A DNA stretch of 62,929 nt, counting the filler, from Octopus bimaculoides (lineage: Eukaryota), in NCBI RefSeq assembly GCF_001194135.2. It is 4 parts of 3 records of this genome, joined end to end, with 100 filler letters (N's around TTAATTAATTAA, not from the genome) between each part and the next. Parts side by side here need not be neighbours in the genome. Positions count along the whole stretch, not along the records: positions 25,214 to 45,375 come from NC_069003.1; positions 45,476 to 57,289 come from NC_068983.1; 2 more parts are not named here. One strand, 5' to 3'. The position numbers and the translations under genes are program-made. The notes under the pieces were generated by a model. That model saw only the letters and a program-made list of their open reading frames with translations, made no database searches and was not told where the DNA came from. Positions 36,300 through 49,412 of this stretch are shown piece after piece. Numbering within the stretch: position 1 is the first letter of the stretch; each line of letters begins with the position of its first letter.

Positions 36300-36300
<1 letters not shown>
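35932..36300 (+). mobile_element. R4/Dong-like RLE non-LTR retrotransposon, 3' fragment
   Basis: CQIIGVAIPNDMSVVSKDVENITKYSELKVEMARLY...IPVVIVAVG...LQKAATLG..IFRR resembles the RLE C-terminus. Flanked by (AAT/GAT)n on both sides. Confidence 0.8.
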
Positions 36301-36348
<48 letters not shown>

Positions 36349-36419
36349 CATAACAATTGGATCCAACTTGTACAAATGCAAAACAAAAGTCAAACATAAA
36401 ATAATAATAATAATAATTT

Positions 36420-36624
36420 CTCTTTTTGACTTTAACCCTCCAACTCGGAGTATAGGCCACTTATAATTGAATTCCATGTCGCATACTCTTTCGCTTCTGT
36501 ACTTATACTCTGCCATGAATGTCCCCCTTTCTCTAGTTCCTTTTGTGTTGATTTACGCCACGAATTCTTAGGCCTACCCTTCTTTCTATATCAATTCGTA
36601 TTCCACTGTAAAGCACTTTTCGCT

Positions 36625-36628
<4 letters not shown>
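36420..36628 (-). mobile_element. Possible LINE 3' end fragment between (AAT)n tracts
   Basis: Degenerate RRVG.R-type C-terminal motif on the minus strand. Confidence 0.35.
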
Positions 36629-36669
<41 letters not shown>

Positions 36670-37594
36670 CGAGGTAATTAGGTTAACGATATTTCTCATA
36701 GTTGTAGTCGTAGCTAAACAATCGTCTCGATTAACGGTTCGTATTTTCGTATTTTTCTATTATATATATTGAGACGATAAGTTTAATTACTGCTTGATAT
36801 ATCTGAACAACATATACCTGCCGAAAGGGAAATAATTACAGGTGATAGAGTAATCAGTACAATTCAATTTAAACAATTTATCGCAGAAATTTAGGTAAAA
36901 ATAACGTGATTTTGCCAGAGATTCTGATCTGGAAGAAACAACATAATATATTCTGATTAAGCATAGAAATTTATATTATTCCTTTTACGAATTTCCGCCT
37001 AAAAGTTCGTTTAAGTGTGTTCCTAGAAGACTAGTTATTCACTTGACGGCACGACATTACCAAGGAAAACAAGTAAATGAGCAATAACAACCAGAAAATT
37101 CTATGATCAAATTAATTTAAACTCAAAAATCAATTTTCACTTAGACCTTTGTATAACACAGTCAAAGGTAATAGCGAATATCGAGAATGAACACAATGCG
37201 GCTGCGCACGCAACCATATATTCTTATATGCATTAATTCTCATTGAGCTATTCATGGAGATATACTTGGAGTGACAAGCCAGTCAGAAATATTCTCGAAA
37301 GCGCTGAAAAGAATAGCCTTTAATATACAAACAAGCTAAATCGAATAGCTCACGATTGTGATGTATCCTCTCGTTGTCTACTCTCCCGATTTCACTACAA
37401 TATTTGTACTTCTGATGTCATGGACGTATGCTAATATCATCAGTTTCCAAATTCCACACACACAAATACACATACACACACACAGACGAACACACGCATA
37501 CACACACATATTGTTCAAATTTATAGAAAAAACAAAAGACGAAGGCAGGTGTATTAGCAAGTGTATTAGATTCACTTTCAGGTGAAATGCAAAA

Positions 37595-37635
37595 GTCTTT
37601 TACGTTTCGAGTCTACGCTCTTTAACAGAAAGGAC
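37595..37635 (-). ncRNA. Minimal hammerhead-like motif with mutated core, in a Penelope-like terminal repeat
   Basis: Minus strand: GUCCUUU CUGUUAAA GAGC GUAG ACUC GAAACGUA AAAGAC. Confidence 0.45.
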
Positions 37636-38635
37636 CCAGAGGAAATAAGAGTAAATGAAACAAAAACGTGTATATACATATACATACATATNNNNNNNNN
37701 NNNNNNNNNNNNNNNNNNNNNNNNNNNNNNNNNNNNNNNNNNNNNNNNNNNNNNNNNNNNNNNNNNNNNNNNNNNNNNNNNNNNNNNNNNNNNNNNNNNN
37801 NNNNNNNNNNNATATATATATATATATAATTTAGAGGTAATACTTGACAATTGTAAGTACCTGTGTATGCCAGCTAGTGGTTGAGGTGAAAGAATAAATT
37901 GTAAATCCAAAAAATAAAAACAAAAACACAAAGGATTCTGCGGTACATGTGTTTCAAGCTTTATATCAGTGTATAATTGACAATACAAAGCTATCTTCAG
38001 CCGCAAAAGTATTTCTCTCCCAATTTCCCAATATGTATGATATACATATTTATGTATGTTATGCCTGTATGCATACGTCTGTTATACCAGATCAAATTAA
38101 AAGCGGACTTAAAAAACTACTACTACTACTACTAAATACTAGTTGAACAGCAATATCAACAGCAACGCTGAAGGATCTCGTAGATGTCGCAAAAGAGTGG
38201 AGAGCGAACCGGATGTATCATCCGATTGGATCAGATTCAGTATGCAATGCTTGTCCGTCCAAACGTTAGGCTCTGCAACGCGACAAAGTATGAAGCAATT
38301 ATTCCTGCTTCTTCCAGTTATTCCCAAAGATTTTAATCGATTTTCATTAAGTGTTGACTAGAACTGCCCAACCAAAACTAAAAATTCGACAACAAAAGCA
38401 AACAAAAAACTTCGGAAACAAGGGGAAAACCATCACAGACTAAAATAGCCCCGGATTGTAAAAGTCTCCTTTTCTTTTTACTTATTGTTATGTTTTCTTT
38501 TATTTATTTATTTATTTATTTATTTATTTTGAATGGGCCAATAGTTGTGTTTTTATCAACAGATCGATCTGTGAATTAGAGAAAGAAAATGAGAGAAGAA
38601 TTGAGACAGAATGAAAGAGACAGAGAGAGAGAATA

Positions 38636-38674
<39 letters not shown>

Positions 38675-39693
38675 TATGTAGACAGAGACATTGTGTCGGT
38701 ATCTGCTGATGACTCACGTTTATAAATATATAGATCCTCGATCCTTAGAAAGGTCCCTTGAACTGTATTATTATTATTATTATTATTGGTGGTGGTAGTG
38801 GTGTTTTTGTTTTGTTCATTTTATTGTCATCAACATCATCATCATCATCATCATCGTCATCATCATGATCATTATTATTGTTCTTGTTACTACTACTACT
38901 ACTACTACTACCATCAATGATGATGATGATAATAATAATAATAATAATAATCAGAAGAAGAAAAAAGAACAAACAAGAGAAGATAAAAAAAAAACAGCAA
39001 GAGTGGGATCAATGGAAGTAATTATCTGCGCATGTGTTGAGAAGATTAGCTGAAGAATACTACTGAAAATGGGAGGTAACTACAGATTTTATTTTCATCA
39101 TCAACATCATCACCATTATTAACATCATCATTATGTTGTTGTTGCTATTGTTTTCGTTATTGTTTTTGGTCTATTGCTCTATTCCTTGTTGAATTACCAG
39201 GAGACAAGAAATTCAGTTATGTGGTGAAAATTATTTACCCCGACCCCACCCCACCCCCTCATCACACCGCCACATCCCGATAGGTTATTTACATTAATTC
39301 AAAGCCTTCCTATGTTCTGCACAAAAACAGGACAAACACATACATACACACACACACACATACACACACACACGCATACATACAATATACACATAGGAAC
39401 ATAACTGTACACATACATGAATATACACAAAGATTCACATATATATATATATATATATANNNNNNNNNNNNNNNNNNNNNNNNNNNNNNNNNNNNNNNNN
39501 NNNNNNNNNNNNNNNNNNNNNNNNNNNNNNNNNNNNNNNNNNNNNNNNNNNNNNNNNNNNNNNNNNNNNNNNNNNNNNNNNNNNNNNNNNNNNNNNNNNN
39601 NNNNNNNNNNNNNNNNNNNNNNNNNNNNNNNNNNNNNNNNNNNNNNNNNNNNNNNNNNNNNNNNNNNNNNNNNNNNNNNNNNNNNNNNNNNNN

Positions 39694-39736
<43 letters not shown>

Positions 39737-39985
39737 CATATATATATACATACTCACCAACGAAGAGGTATATTCAAGTATAAATGAATAATTGATTGCA
39801 ATGGATAGATGTTCAGAGAAAATGTAATACAATGTATGTGTGTATGGATGGATGGATGGATGGATGGATGGATGGATAGGTGTGTATACTTGCGTATTCG
39901 TATGTGTACGTGTATGTCGGGTATACATATGTATGTGTGTGTATGAGTGTATATCGAAATAGCCGAACGTACAAACACAGATGCC

Positions 39986-40041
<56 letters not shown>

Positions 40042-40456
40042 GGCATTACTATACATAAATGCCTTATAGTAGTTTGACTTTAAAGTCCTTTAGAGTCCCT
40101 ATACATNNNNNNNNNNNNNNNNNNNNNNNNNNNNNNNNNNNNNNNNNNNNNNNNNNNNNNNNNNNNNNNNNNNNNNNNNNNNNNNNNNNNNNNNNNNNNN
40201 NNNNNNNNNNNNNNNNNNNNNNNNNNNNNNNNNNNNNNNNNNNNNNNNNNNNNNNNNNNNNNNNNNNNNNNNNNNNNNNNNNNNNNNNNNNNNNNNNNNN
40301 NNNNNNNNNNNNNNNNNNNNNNNNNNNNNNNNNNNNNNNNNNNNNNNNNNNNNNNNNNNNNNNNNNNNNNNNNNNNNNNNNNNNNNNNNNNNNNNNNNNN
40401 NNNNNNNNNNNNNNNNNNNNNNNNNNNNNNNNNNNNNNNNNNNNNNNNNNNNNNNN

Positions 40457-40510
<54 letters not shown>

Positions 40511-40702
40511 TTATTTTGATGTGGCTCAGAGGGGTACGAAACTAGCCAGTAATTGGTGAAACAGAGATGTATCTCTCAAACCCCTACTGACAAATACGCC
40601 TGTGTATTTCTGATTCTATATCATCTACAACATGTATTGCGTGCTTTTTCCATTTAATAACTGTTACTTTCACATATTCCATCACCCTAGTATTACTATA
40701 AG

Positions 40703-40982
40703 CAGTGACGGACTGACTAGGTTGCCATCTTGCCTGATGGCAAGTGGGCCCCTCCACCATTAGAATCCATATATGGGGGCCCATGTTAGCATCTAAGGGG
40801 CCCATCCCTGCAAATTTGAGAATTTTTTGAGAATGCATTGATTATTTCAGGCTGGCTGTGTTTGTAGACAGTTGAAAAGAATACTTTTTAAAAAAATGTA
40901 GTCGCGGGGAGGCCCCTTGTAGTTGCGGGTGGGCCCCCTTAGTCTCCTTGCAACCAATATTTTTAAACGTAGTCCGCCACTG
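40703..40982. mobile_element. hAT-type MITE
   Basis: TIR CAGTGACGGACT / AGTCCGCCACTG; 8-bp TSD actataag / actataaa. Confidence 0.82.
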
Positions 40983-41677
40983 ACTATAAATATATCTAAT
41001 ACTGTACTTGTGGCTTGCTGGTATATTATATGCAGAAATAATAACGAATGCATTAAAGACCCCTTTTTAAATATATATTATTCTCTCTGCGTTAAGAAAC
41101 TTGGTGAAAGATAACATCAACATAAGTGGTTTGGTCGGTCCCGAGGTATCTGACTTAAGAGAAAATATTTTGTATTCTCGACATGTCGAATTTTAAATTA
41201 GGTATTTATCATATATGGTCTACAGAGAGCTGCTGAACTTGGAGATTTTTATATAAAGTGAGCTGTCACAAATTAAATTAAGATAGATCGTGAATTAATC
41301 TTTTAAAGAATATGGCCGTCTTCGTTTCTCTGTAATAATAACATTTACACAAAGTAGTCTTTGAGAGAAACTTGCACTCGTGTAGTCGTATGAAATATGA
41401 TGTAAATCAGTCGTGTAGTTATATGTGTTGTATTAGACTTCAAGCTAAATACGGAACACATAAAGGAAAGCGTTGGCTGTTGAGCCTAAGTAGGAATGAA
41501 CAAGCACGTACATCATCATCATCATCATCATCATCGTCACCCGTTTCTGAACATTACTGTTTCGAGTCCTTGTAGTCAAAGGACCAGATCTTGAAATAAC
41601 CGCCCAAAAGAACGCTAGCCCACCGCAGGTTTACTAATTTACAGTAGTATGTATGTTTGTGTGTGTGTGTGCGTGTG

Positions 41678-41828
41678 TGACGAGCTTCTTTTAGTTTCCC
41701 TCTACCAAATCAACGCATAAGGATTTGGTCGACCCGGGGTTATACTAGAAGACACTTGCCCAAGTGAAATCGAACCGGGAACTTTGTGGTTGGGAAACAA
41801 GTTTTTTTTACCACACAGCTACGCCTGC
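41678..41828 (-). mobile_element. SINE family A head
   Basis: cttcttttagtttcc.tctaccaaat...gaagacacttgcccaag. Confidence 0.75.
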
Positions 41829-41861
41829 ACCAACATCTATCTACCTACCTACCTACCTACC

Positions 41862-41943
<82 letters not shown>

Positions 41944-42275
41944 TAATTACACAAATTACGCTCACTATATCCGTGTGACACCACATTACATCGCAAAGAA
42001 AGGTAACTCCGATCTTACTGGCGTTATACTTTTTGGGTTTCTTTTCCTTATACGAAATAATGCGTCACTCCCGTACAAGTAATATGTTTCGTATATACTT
42101 TTGATAATACGTAACGGGTGATGTTACACCTGCANNNNNNNNNNNNNNNNNNNNNNNNNNNNNNNNNNNNNNNNNNNNNNNNNNNNNNNNNNNNNNNNNN
42201 NNNNNNNNNNNNNNNNNNNNNNNNNNNNNNNNNNNNNNNNNNNNNNNNNNNNNNNNNNNNNNNNNNNNNNNNNNN

Positions 42276-42334
<59 letters not shown>

Positions 42335-43309
42335 GCGGTTAGCTGTGGATATATGCTACCAACAAAACCTAAGAAGGCAGTAATGTGCCTCGAATATTCT
42401 CTGTTGCTACTGATATATACATGTGTCATTTATCACTCTTCGTCTGTCAGAGATATTACCTCTGCATGAATACCACAGCAAATTTGGTTTGCGTGATGTA
42501 TCTACTTTTCATATGATACACAGATAGCTACTTTAATCTAGCATTGCTTCAGCTGCACATAACGGATTAGCATTCATTTCTTTAGTTTATATAATCACTA
42601 TCATATTTGAAAATCGAATACTAAAATTGCAGTTATTCTATTTACGTTGCGTTACTTAATATCAACCACAGAGGCACACGTATAACTCGCACATTACCCA
42701 CCGCACTATAGTATTTAAGTAAATAAATAAATATATAGTCATCTATAGTTATTTAGGAAGAGTATATGTGCTAATCAAGATGTATTGTTAATAAAAATAT
42801 AACAAAACAGGGGATATTCGTTTCATACAACTATATTTGAGTTTGAGGGACTAATTTTTCAGTGAAATTATATAAGGAATATTGATAATATTGTCTGTAT
42901 ACAGTAACCTACATTTACTTTATGTCACTTAAATTACTTTATCCATTAATTTTATAATGGATTTTACGATCAATAGTGGTTAGAGAAGTATCTACGCCGG
43001 AAGGAATAAACACCTATTGAGAATTTGAATAGGTGCTCTAATAATTATAAGGAATCTAAATATAAAGACGGGAGACGTGCTTTTACGTCAACATTTGAGT
43101 TGATGGAAAAAATAACGACCAAATTTCTCCCAAATAGAAATTATTGTATTGTAGAAAGAAGGATACGTTCATTACTATATTACTAGACACATTAAATATT
43201 CTTGAACCAGTGATCACAATTTTGCTGAATTAAGGTGATTCCGAAATGTATCGTAGAACAACCGTAACAACTGCAACGTCGTAAGTTCCATTTCATGGAA
43301 GCGCGTTGT

Positions 43310-43558
43310 CTCACTGAGCAAAACATTTTATTTCATTTTACGTGGCTCCAAAACACCCAACTAGCAAAATAAAGTAGTACCTGTAATTCAAAAGGACCAG
43401 CCTTGTCATATTCTCTGTCATTCTGGATCCGCTTGAAAATTATGTTGAGGGTAAGCGCGCCTGCGGTGTGCCGAACCACTTGCACGTTAATTTCACGAGC
43501 AGGCTGTTCCGTTGATTAGATCAACTGGAACCCTTGCCGTAACCGACGGAGTGCCAGT
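43310..43558 (+). mobile_element. SINE family C, diverged 3' part
   Basis: ccacttgcacgttaatttcacgagcaggctgttccgttgat...gacggagtgcca. Confidence 0.8.
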
Positions 43559-44214
43559 TAATATATAATACTATACAGGTAGCGGTTAAGAGTACTAAAA
43601 TACATAAACGCAGTAAAATAGAAGAGGGTGTGATACAGCACAACGATGATCGCAATGGCTGACGAACGCTGTTATTTTTTTTCAGCAACGCCTTTAATAC
43701 AGATTGATTTCAATGTATTGGATGACATCTTTATAAGAGACACTTATATATAACAATTGTCAGGCAGATGATAATAAAAATTGTCCTACTGTATAAAGAA
43801 GAATTATCTTCGATTTCTGGCTTATAAGAAAAAATATTAACCGTTTCCAATCTATGATTCTTTAGCAGTCTTGTACTCGCTGCTAAAATATCTCTCAACA
43901 TATATCGATTCGCAAACAATAGCTCCAATCGTATTGTACCGTCGGCTTCCATTTTCTGGTCGTTTCCTTTTGTACTAATTTCTGCTTTATTTTATTTAGT
44001 AGTTTCCTTTGCTGTTAGCTTCTGCAAAATATCAATGCTTGTTTGCATTTCAGGAAAAACGTTGATAAATCTCTATTTTATAACTTTGTATTCTTTGAAA
44101 TGAGATGAATTTTTTTCCACGAAGGTGGACATTCTTTCAAGGAAGAATGGGATTGTTCAGTTTTATCATTGCATGTTACTGCCACTACCCTATTCTTTTG
44201 TAAAGTTTCTGTCC

Positions 44215-44222
44215 TGACGTCA
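44215..44222. promoter_or_regulatory. Perfect CRE/ATF palindrome TGACGTCA
   Basis: Exact motif match; function not shown. Confidence 0.3.
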
Positions 44223-44497
44223 TCGTAAACCTAATCTCATAACAATGAGACTTCATTGGCGTAACTATTTCGTTTCTTGGAAATTTGTTTAGTAAACTAT
44301 AGTGATTAATAAATAGCTGTTTCTTAAACGAAACCATAACTCAACAATATCGAATTAATGTAATTGCAGTTGCTGGTGATGCGCTTGTTCTTTAAACTCA
44401 GTGAGTTGCAGTACTTTCCGGTCGAAATGCAAGTTAACTGGGTTGCCTTTCTCTGATGAAGTGTCGCTACGCAGAAACATGTTGCTTGGCTGTCTGA

Positions 44498-44505
44498 TGA
44501 CGTCA
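44498..44505. promoter_or_regulatory. Perfect CRE/ATF palindrome TGACGTCA
   Basis: Exact motif match, followed by ctataagggaaaattt; function not shown. Confidence 0.3.
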
Positions 44506-44943
44506 CGCTATAAGGGAAAATTTTGTCCGATACTAAACGTGTCGAATCTCTTTCAGCATTCAAATCCATAGAAATGTGTTAAATATAACGTACGCGTAAA
44601 ACACACTAAACTATATAATCCGTTGATGAAGTAACACTCTAATGTCCAAAACCGCAAATATTACGTAAATTTTCATTTCGAATTTTATGTAAACTGGCGT
44701 TGCAAGCAGAATTAGTGCAGAAACTATTCTAACGAACCATTAAATATGTGTTAAAAGATTTATTTGCCTTATTGTTTGGAGTGTATACACACGCACACAC
44801 ATACACATATATTGTAGTTTTGACAATTAATACATACAATATTGTATCTTTAAAATAGAACAAAAATGAATCTGCCACGGAGGAGACATGAATGTTATGA
44901 TAAAATAGCCAGGACAGAGCAATATAAACATCAGTTTAGTTAC

Positions 44944-44973
44944 CTGTTGACATACGCTGTGGAGCAATATTAT
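44944..44973 (-). CDS. Candidate 30-nt micro-exon (xNIAPQRMST) upstream of the stalk exon
   Basis: Acceptor ttttcatatctactactatag, donor CAACAG|gtaact, phase 1-1. The RMST motif echoes RMSS/TMSS in the stalk exon. Confidence 0.45.
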
Positions 44974-45475
44974 CTATAGTAGTAGATATGAAAATAAATA
45001 GCTATTAAATTGATTGCTTCACATACTAATTAAAGTTTTGTACGTCTAGTATTCATCAATAACAGAGATGAGATTAATAGTAGTCACATGGCTGCTGTTT
45101 GTAATAGTTTATTCAACGGTAAATGTTGGTGGAAAGGGCAAAAAATGTGAGGATTTTCTGAAGACCGACGAGACGAAACGGGTCAATGATAAAGTAAATA
45201 AGGAACTAAGTAAATAATTGGAATGTACTTAAGAATTCTCACGTAGTCTTTAACTACCTTTAATGAATAACTATGTCTCTATGTATATTTAAGCACATGT
45301 ACCACTACATATACATACAAACACACGCATACTCAAGTACACACAGAGAGCCCCTCATACATATATATATATATANNNNNNNNNNNNNNNNNNNNNNNNN
45401 NNNNNNNNNNNNNNNNNNNTTAATTAATTAANNNNNNNNNNNNNNNNNNNNNNNNNNNNNNNNNNNNNNNNNNNN

Positions 45476-45520
<45 letters not shown>

Positions 45521-46920
45521 GATTCCTCTTCAAGAATGGTGTCTAAAAGAAATTTGATAATTTACATTTTAATGAAATTATTTGCTTGAGAATGTTGGTT
45601 TCTCTATAATTCGCAGAAATGAACGTAAACTACAACTAAAACCGGTTTGGAAAGAAATTTCCATGGTCTATCTAATCCGAATGTGGTCCAAACAAAGCCA
45701 AAAATTCAGTTTCGACTACGTCGAACATCAGATAGCAATATAGTAATCTACATGACGTATCATTTCTACTCAAATGTCCTCGAACGACGACCATTTAGCG
45801 TCCTTTTTTTTTTTTTAAGTAACTTTAAATATGGCATCCTTAGCTTATTGCACATAACATATGGCTGTACTACAGCGATTGAACCGTGTGTTCAGGCTAC
45901 GAATATAAAACTTCCTATCAGCTTTGAGATTTAAAAAAATAATACCTTATTTTGGTAATAATAACGATTAAACTTTGAACAAGTTATTAGAGACCCGGTG
46001 CTTTATCTAAACCAGTGAGGGGCAAAGTGCGACCGATGAGACTTTCTGAACAGCATGTCAAAGAAAAATTACCTTAAGTTTTTTTAGTAGTACAGCCCAC
46101 CTAATAATGAACCATGTTTCATGCGGCCCGCTTCTCGAAAAAGGTTGTCCGTACCAGATCTAAACGATCGATTTCTTTTTTAACCCCACATCAGCCAACA
46201 CTAACGCAGCATAACAACGCATATAATCAAAGACTGACTCTCAAGTTCTAAACATCCCACCGTTTTTCAGATACGGTAGATGCAGGACTACATTATCCAA
46301 TGTGCCCTTCACTTTCTTAAGATGTACTGATTGATTTAAGGAAGAGATTTGATGTACTATTTCTGGCATATCCAGTAACTATATAGAAACTCCCTCGTTA
46401 CCACGTGTCTAATGTAACTGATGGTTATTGTAGAGCGACATACTCTCGCACCTAAGACATAAGATATACACTGTTATTTATGGTGAAAAAACAGCAGTAA
46501 ATTTTTATAATTTGAATAAGAGGCGGGGTTCTTTCATATTTTTATTATATTTTTTATTTTATCTGTTTCTTATGATGTAATAACTAAAAAAATTTTCCAC
46601 AATAAATAATGTCATCTAAACTTTATTTTGTATCATTTTTGTACTGTTCGAAAGCGGTGTTGGACTTAGCCATGATGGCTAAAACAAACTAGTGAACAAC
46701 CTTTTTAATCAAAATAAAATCTTTGAAATTTGTTTGCATGAATTTTGCATCCTGTAAAGTCTTTCTGGAAGTCATGGGCTGTTTCGGATGAGAAAGAAAG
46801 AAAGAAATGGAAGGTGGGTAGATAGAGCATAGGCTCTGGTGTTTGCCGAAATTTTTTTTCTGGAGAACAGTATTTTTCTTTGTGGTTGGGTCGTTGATGA
46901 CCTCTTTCTAGCATATTGGA

Positions 46921-46937
46921 TGTCCACCTAGTGGTCG
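46921..46937 (-). promoter_or_regulatory. CTCF-like motif
   Basis: Minus strand CGACCACTAGGTGGACA resembles the CCACYAGRTGGC consensus. Confidence 0.25.
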
Positions 46938-47298
46938 TCCCTTCTTATACGCATGTAATACAATTTTTCTGAATTATCAGATTTTTATATGCTAGACCAC
47001 TGGTTTTAAATTGAAGTTAATATTCAATTTTATCACTCTCAGTATATAAATATATATATATTTTTTATCAATATATATATATATATATATTGATAAAAAA
47101 AAAGNNNNNNNNNNNNNNNNNNNNNNNNNNNNNNNNNNNNNNNNNNNNNNNNNNNNNNNNTATATAAAATAAATTTCAATTTATAATTTTCTCAGAGATA
47201 TTTTATATGTTTCGGTTCTTGAAAAAGCGAACCTTATCAAAAATACATGTTTTTTTTTAAAAATGTAATTAAAAGAAAAGTTCATAATTGTTTCTTAC

Positions 47299-47430
47299 TG
47301 GTATCAACAGAGTCCACGTGGAAGCGTTTTTTGTGTGGGGACGTAATGGCTGTCTTGTGCGTTGACTGGAACCGCTGGCTGTAGTAGTAGTAGTAGTGAC
47401 CGTGTTGGTAGTGGTAAACGGGAGTGACCT
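47299..47430 (-). CDS. Candidate 132-nt exon. Open as phase 1-1 (EVTPVYHYQHGHYYYYYSQRFQSTHKTAITSPHKKRFHVDSVDT) or as phase 0-0 (Thr-rich)
   Basis: Strong donor ATACCA|gtaaga, weak acceptor ttacacggacag. Length is a multiple of 3 and GC is locally elevated. Confidence 0.35.
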
Positions 47431-47449
47431 CTGTCCGTGTAAGCAGCAG

Positions 47450-47492
<43 letters not shown>

Positions 47493-48243
47493 GCATACAT
47501 ACATACATTTATATACACCACACTCATACAGACGATAGACAGATAGATAGATAGATTAGATGGGAATTCTTTAAGCAAGCACCCATGTATTTCGGTTTAT
47601 CAGTCCCAATACCAACACAACGGCTGGCAGGAAATAACACAGAGGACTTTGTGGTGCGCTAAATGAATGTACATGCGTGAGAATATATGCATATATACAC
47701 AGCAGGTATATAAGTGCACACATACACATGCACGCACACGAACACACACACGTACTTTTTCTGGATTGAGGTATTACTTAATCAATTTAATCAACACCAC
47801 AATGTTAAAGACCTGATATGACATTAACGTCACTTCAGGTCAACTAATCTGGTACGTTTATTACAAATTAAGCGATGGGATTAACAACCGGAAAAGCCTC
47901 TTGTAGTCAAAACACTTCCGTAATTTCTTTCTCTGTTCAATAACAATAATATTGCGCTCTAAACACATCTGGAAAATTAAGAATAAATTAATTGCGTACT
48001 GATTCTGCACATATCTAATTATACTATATTAAATTATATAATATAACATTATATTATATTATATAAGTCAGTCTATATATATTTATATGTTAACAAGTGC
48101 AATAGCGCTTGGTAATGGTCTATTAAAATGGAAATATTTATCATTACACAAAGATTAGATATTTTTATCTTCTTTAAATTAAAGGTGGCAAATTATAACA
48201 ATTGGTACAGCGTTGAGTAGAATGTCTTTTAGTGGAAAAATAG

Positions 48244-48318
<75 letters not shown>

Positions 48319-48444
48319 AATTAACTGGAAATTAAGTTGTGAAACTATGCTTGATTGGTCAGGCGGAAAATAAGAAACTCGAAGTAACAAATAACTAAAG
48401 TAAATAAAAAGAAAAGACAAAAACAACTAAGAACTCGAACATTT

Positions 48445-48915
48445 AAGGGGGTTAGTTTTTTTTTAAAGATAAACAGAACTGGTTCGCGATTCCAACTGAG
48501 CAGTGTGGGAGCATTCCATTTTCTCTGCCAGTTCCCTTGTCGTTTAATCGCTTTTCATTTAATTCAACTGGACGGCCAGAACGAGGTGCGTCTTTGAGGT
48601 CAAAATTTCCATTTTTGAACTTGGAATACCAATCACGAGCGGTTCTTTCGGCTATGGCACCCTCTCTATACATAGCACAAATTTCGCGGCCTTAGAACCT
48701 TGATTAAAAGGTAAAAGAAGGAGGTGTCAAAAATGCTCATTTTTCTAAACTTGACATTCCATTTTAATGATCTGAAAATTAAACAAAAATTAACTAAAAT
48801 TAACTAGACAAAAAAGCAAAATAGATTCCAAAATGATTCAAAAATAGAATTCTCGAAAAAAATAGATTCCAAAATTTAACAAAACGGCGGGAACTTAGTT
48901 GCCAACCCAAAATAT
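48445..48915 (-). mobile_element. Internally deleted mariner element (N-terminal HTH remnant)
   Basis: YREGAIAERTARDWYSKFKNGNFDLKDAPRSGRP; 5' TIR-like TTGGGTTGGCAACTAAGT near 48895-48912. Confidence 0.88.
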
Positions 48916-49039
48916 AAAATTACAACCGTTTTTTCAAGCGATGATCGAGCACTAAAACCTCTCTTCTGATAATGCAAGGTAGATGTAATGTCTACCGAAT
49001 CTTACACAATACATATTTCTCTTTCTCCTGTCATATCTA

Positions 49040-49412
49040 GCGAGTCTCTTGTCATGCTTAAGAAGACTTCGCTACCACATGGTTTCGGGTTCAGTCCCAC
49101 TGCACGGAACCTTGGGCAAATGCCTTCCACTATAACCGACCAATACCTTTTGAGTCAATTTCATAGACGGAAACTGTGAGGAAACCTGTCATATGTACGT
49201 GTGTGTATGTTTGTATTATGTTTGTCCAACACCTGCGCTTGACAACAGGTGTTGGTTTGTTTACATCCTCATAACTTAGTCGCCCGGTAAAAGTTACCGA
49301 TAGAATGAATACCAGACTTTAAAAAAAAGTGATTTCTTCGACTAAAACCCTTCAAGGCGATGCTTCAGCATAGTTGCACCCGTATACCCGAAACAAGTAA
49401 AAATAAATAAAT
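49040..49412 (+). mobile_element. SINE family A, diverged copy
   Basis: gggttcagtcccactgca.ggaaccttgggcaa...ttcaaggcgatgcttcagcat. Confidence 0.8.

Noticed and set aside
40584-40838. 84-aa ORF MHSQKILK...
   Set aside because: Half of it lies inside the hAT MITE 40703-40982.
43731-44569. 73-81-aa minus-strand ORFs and other ~60-codon open frames
   Set aside because: No recognisable domain or convincing splice-site pairs; ORFs of this length are expected by chance.
47061-47100. Perfect palindrome ttttttatca(at)n tgataaaaaa
   Set aside because: Centred on an AT microsatellite at a contig edge; possibly an assembly artefact.
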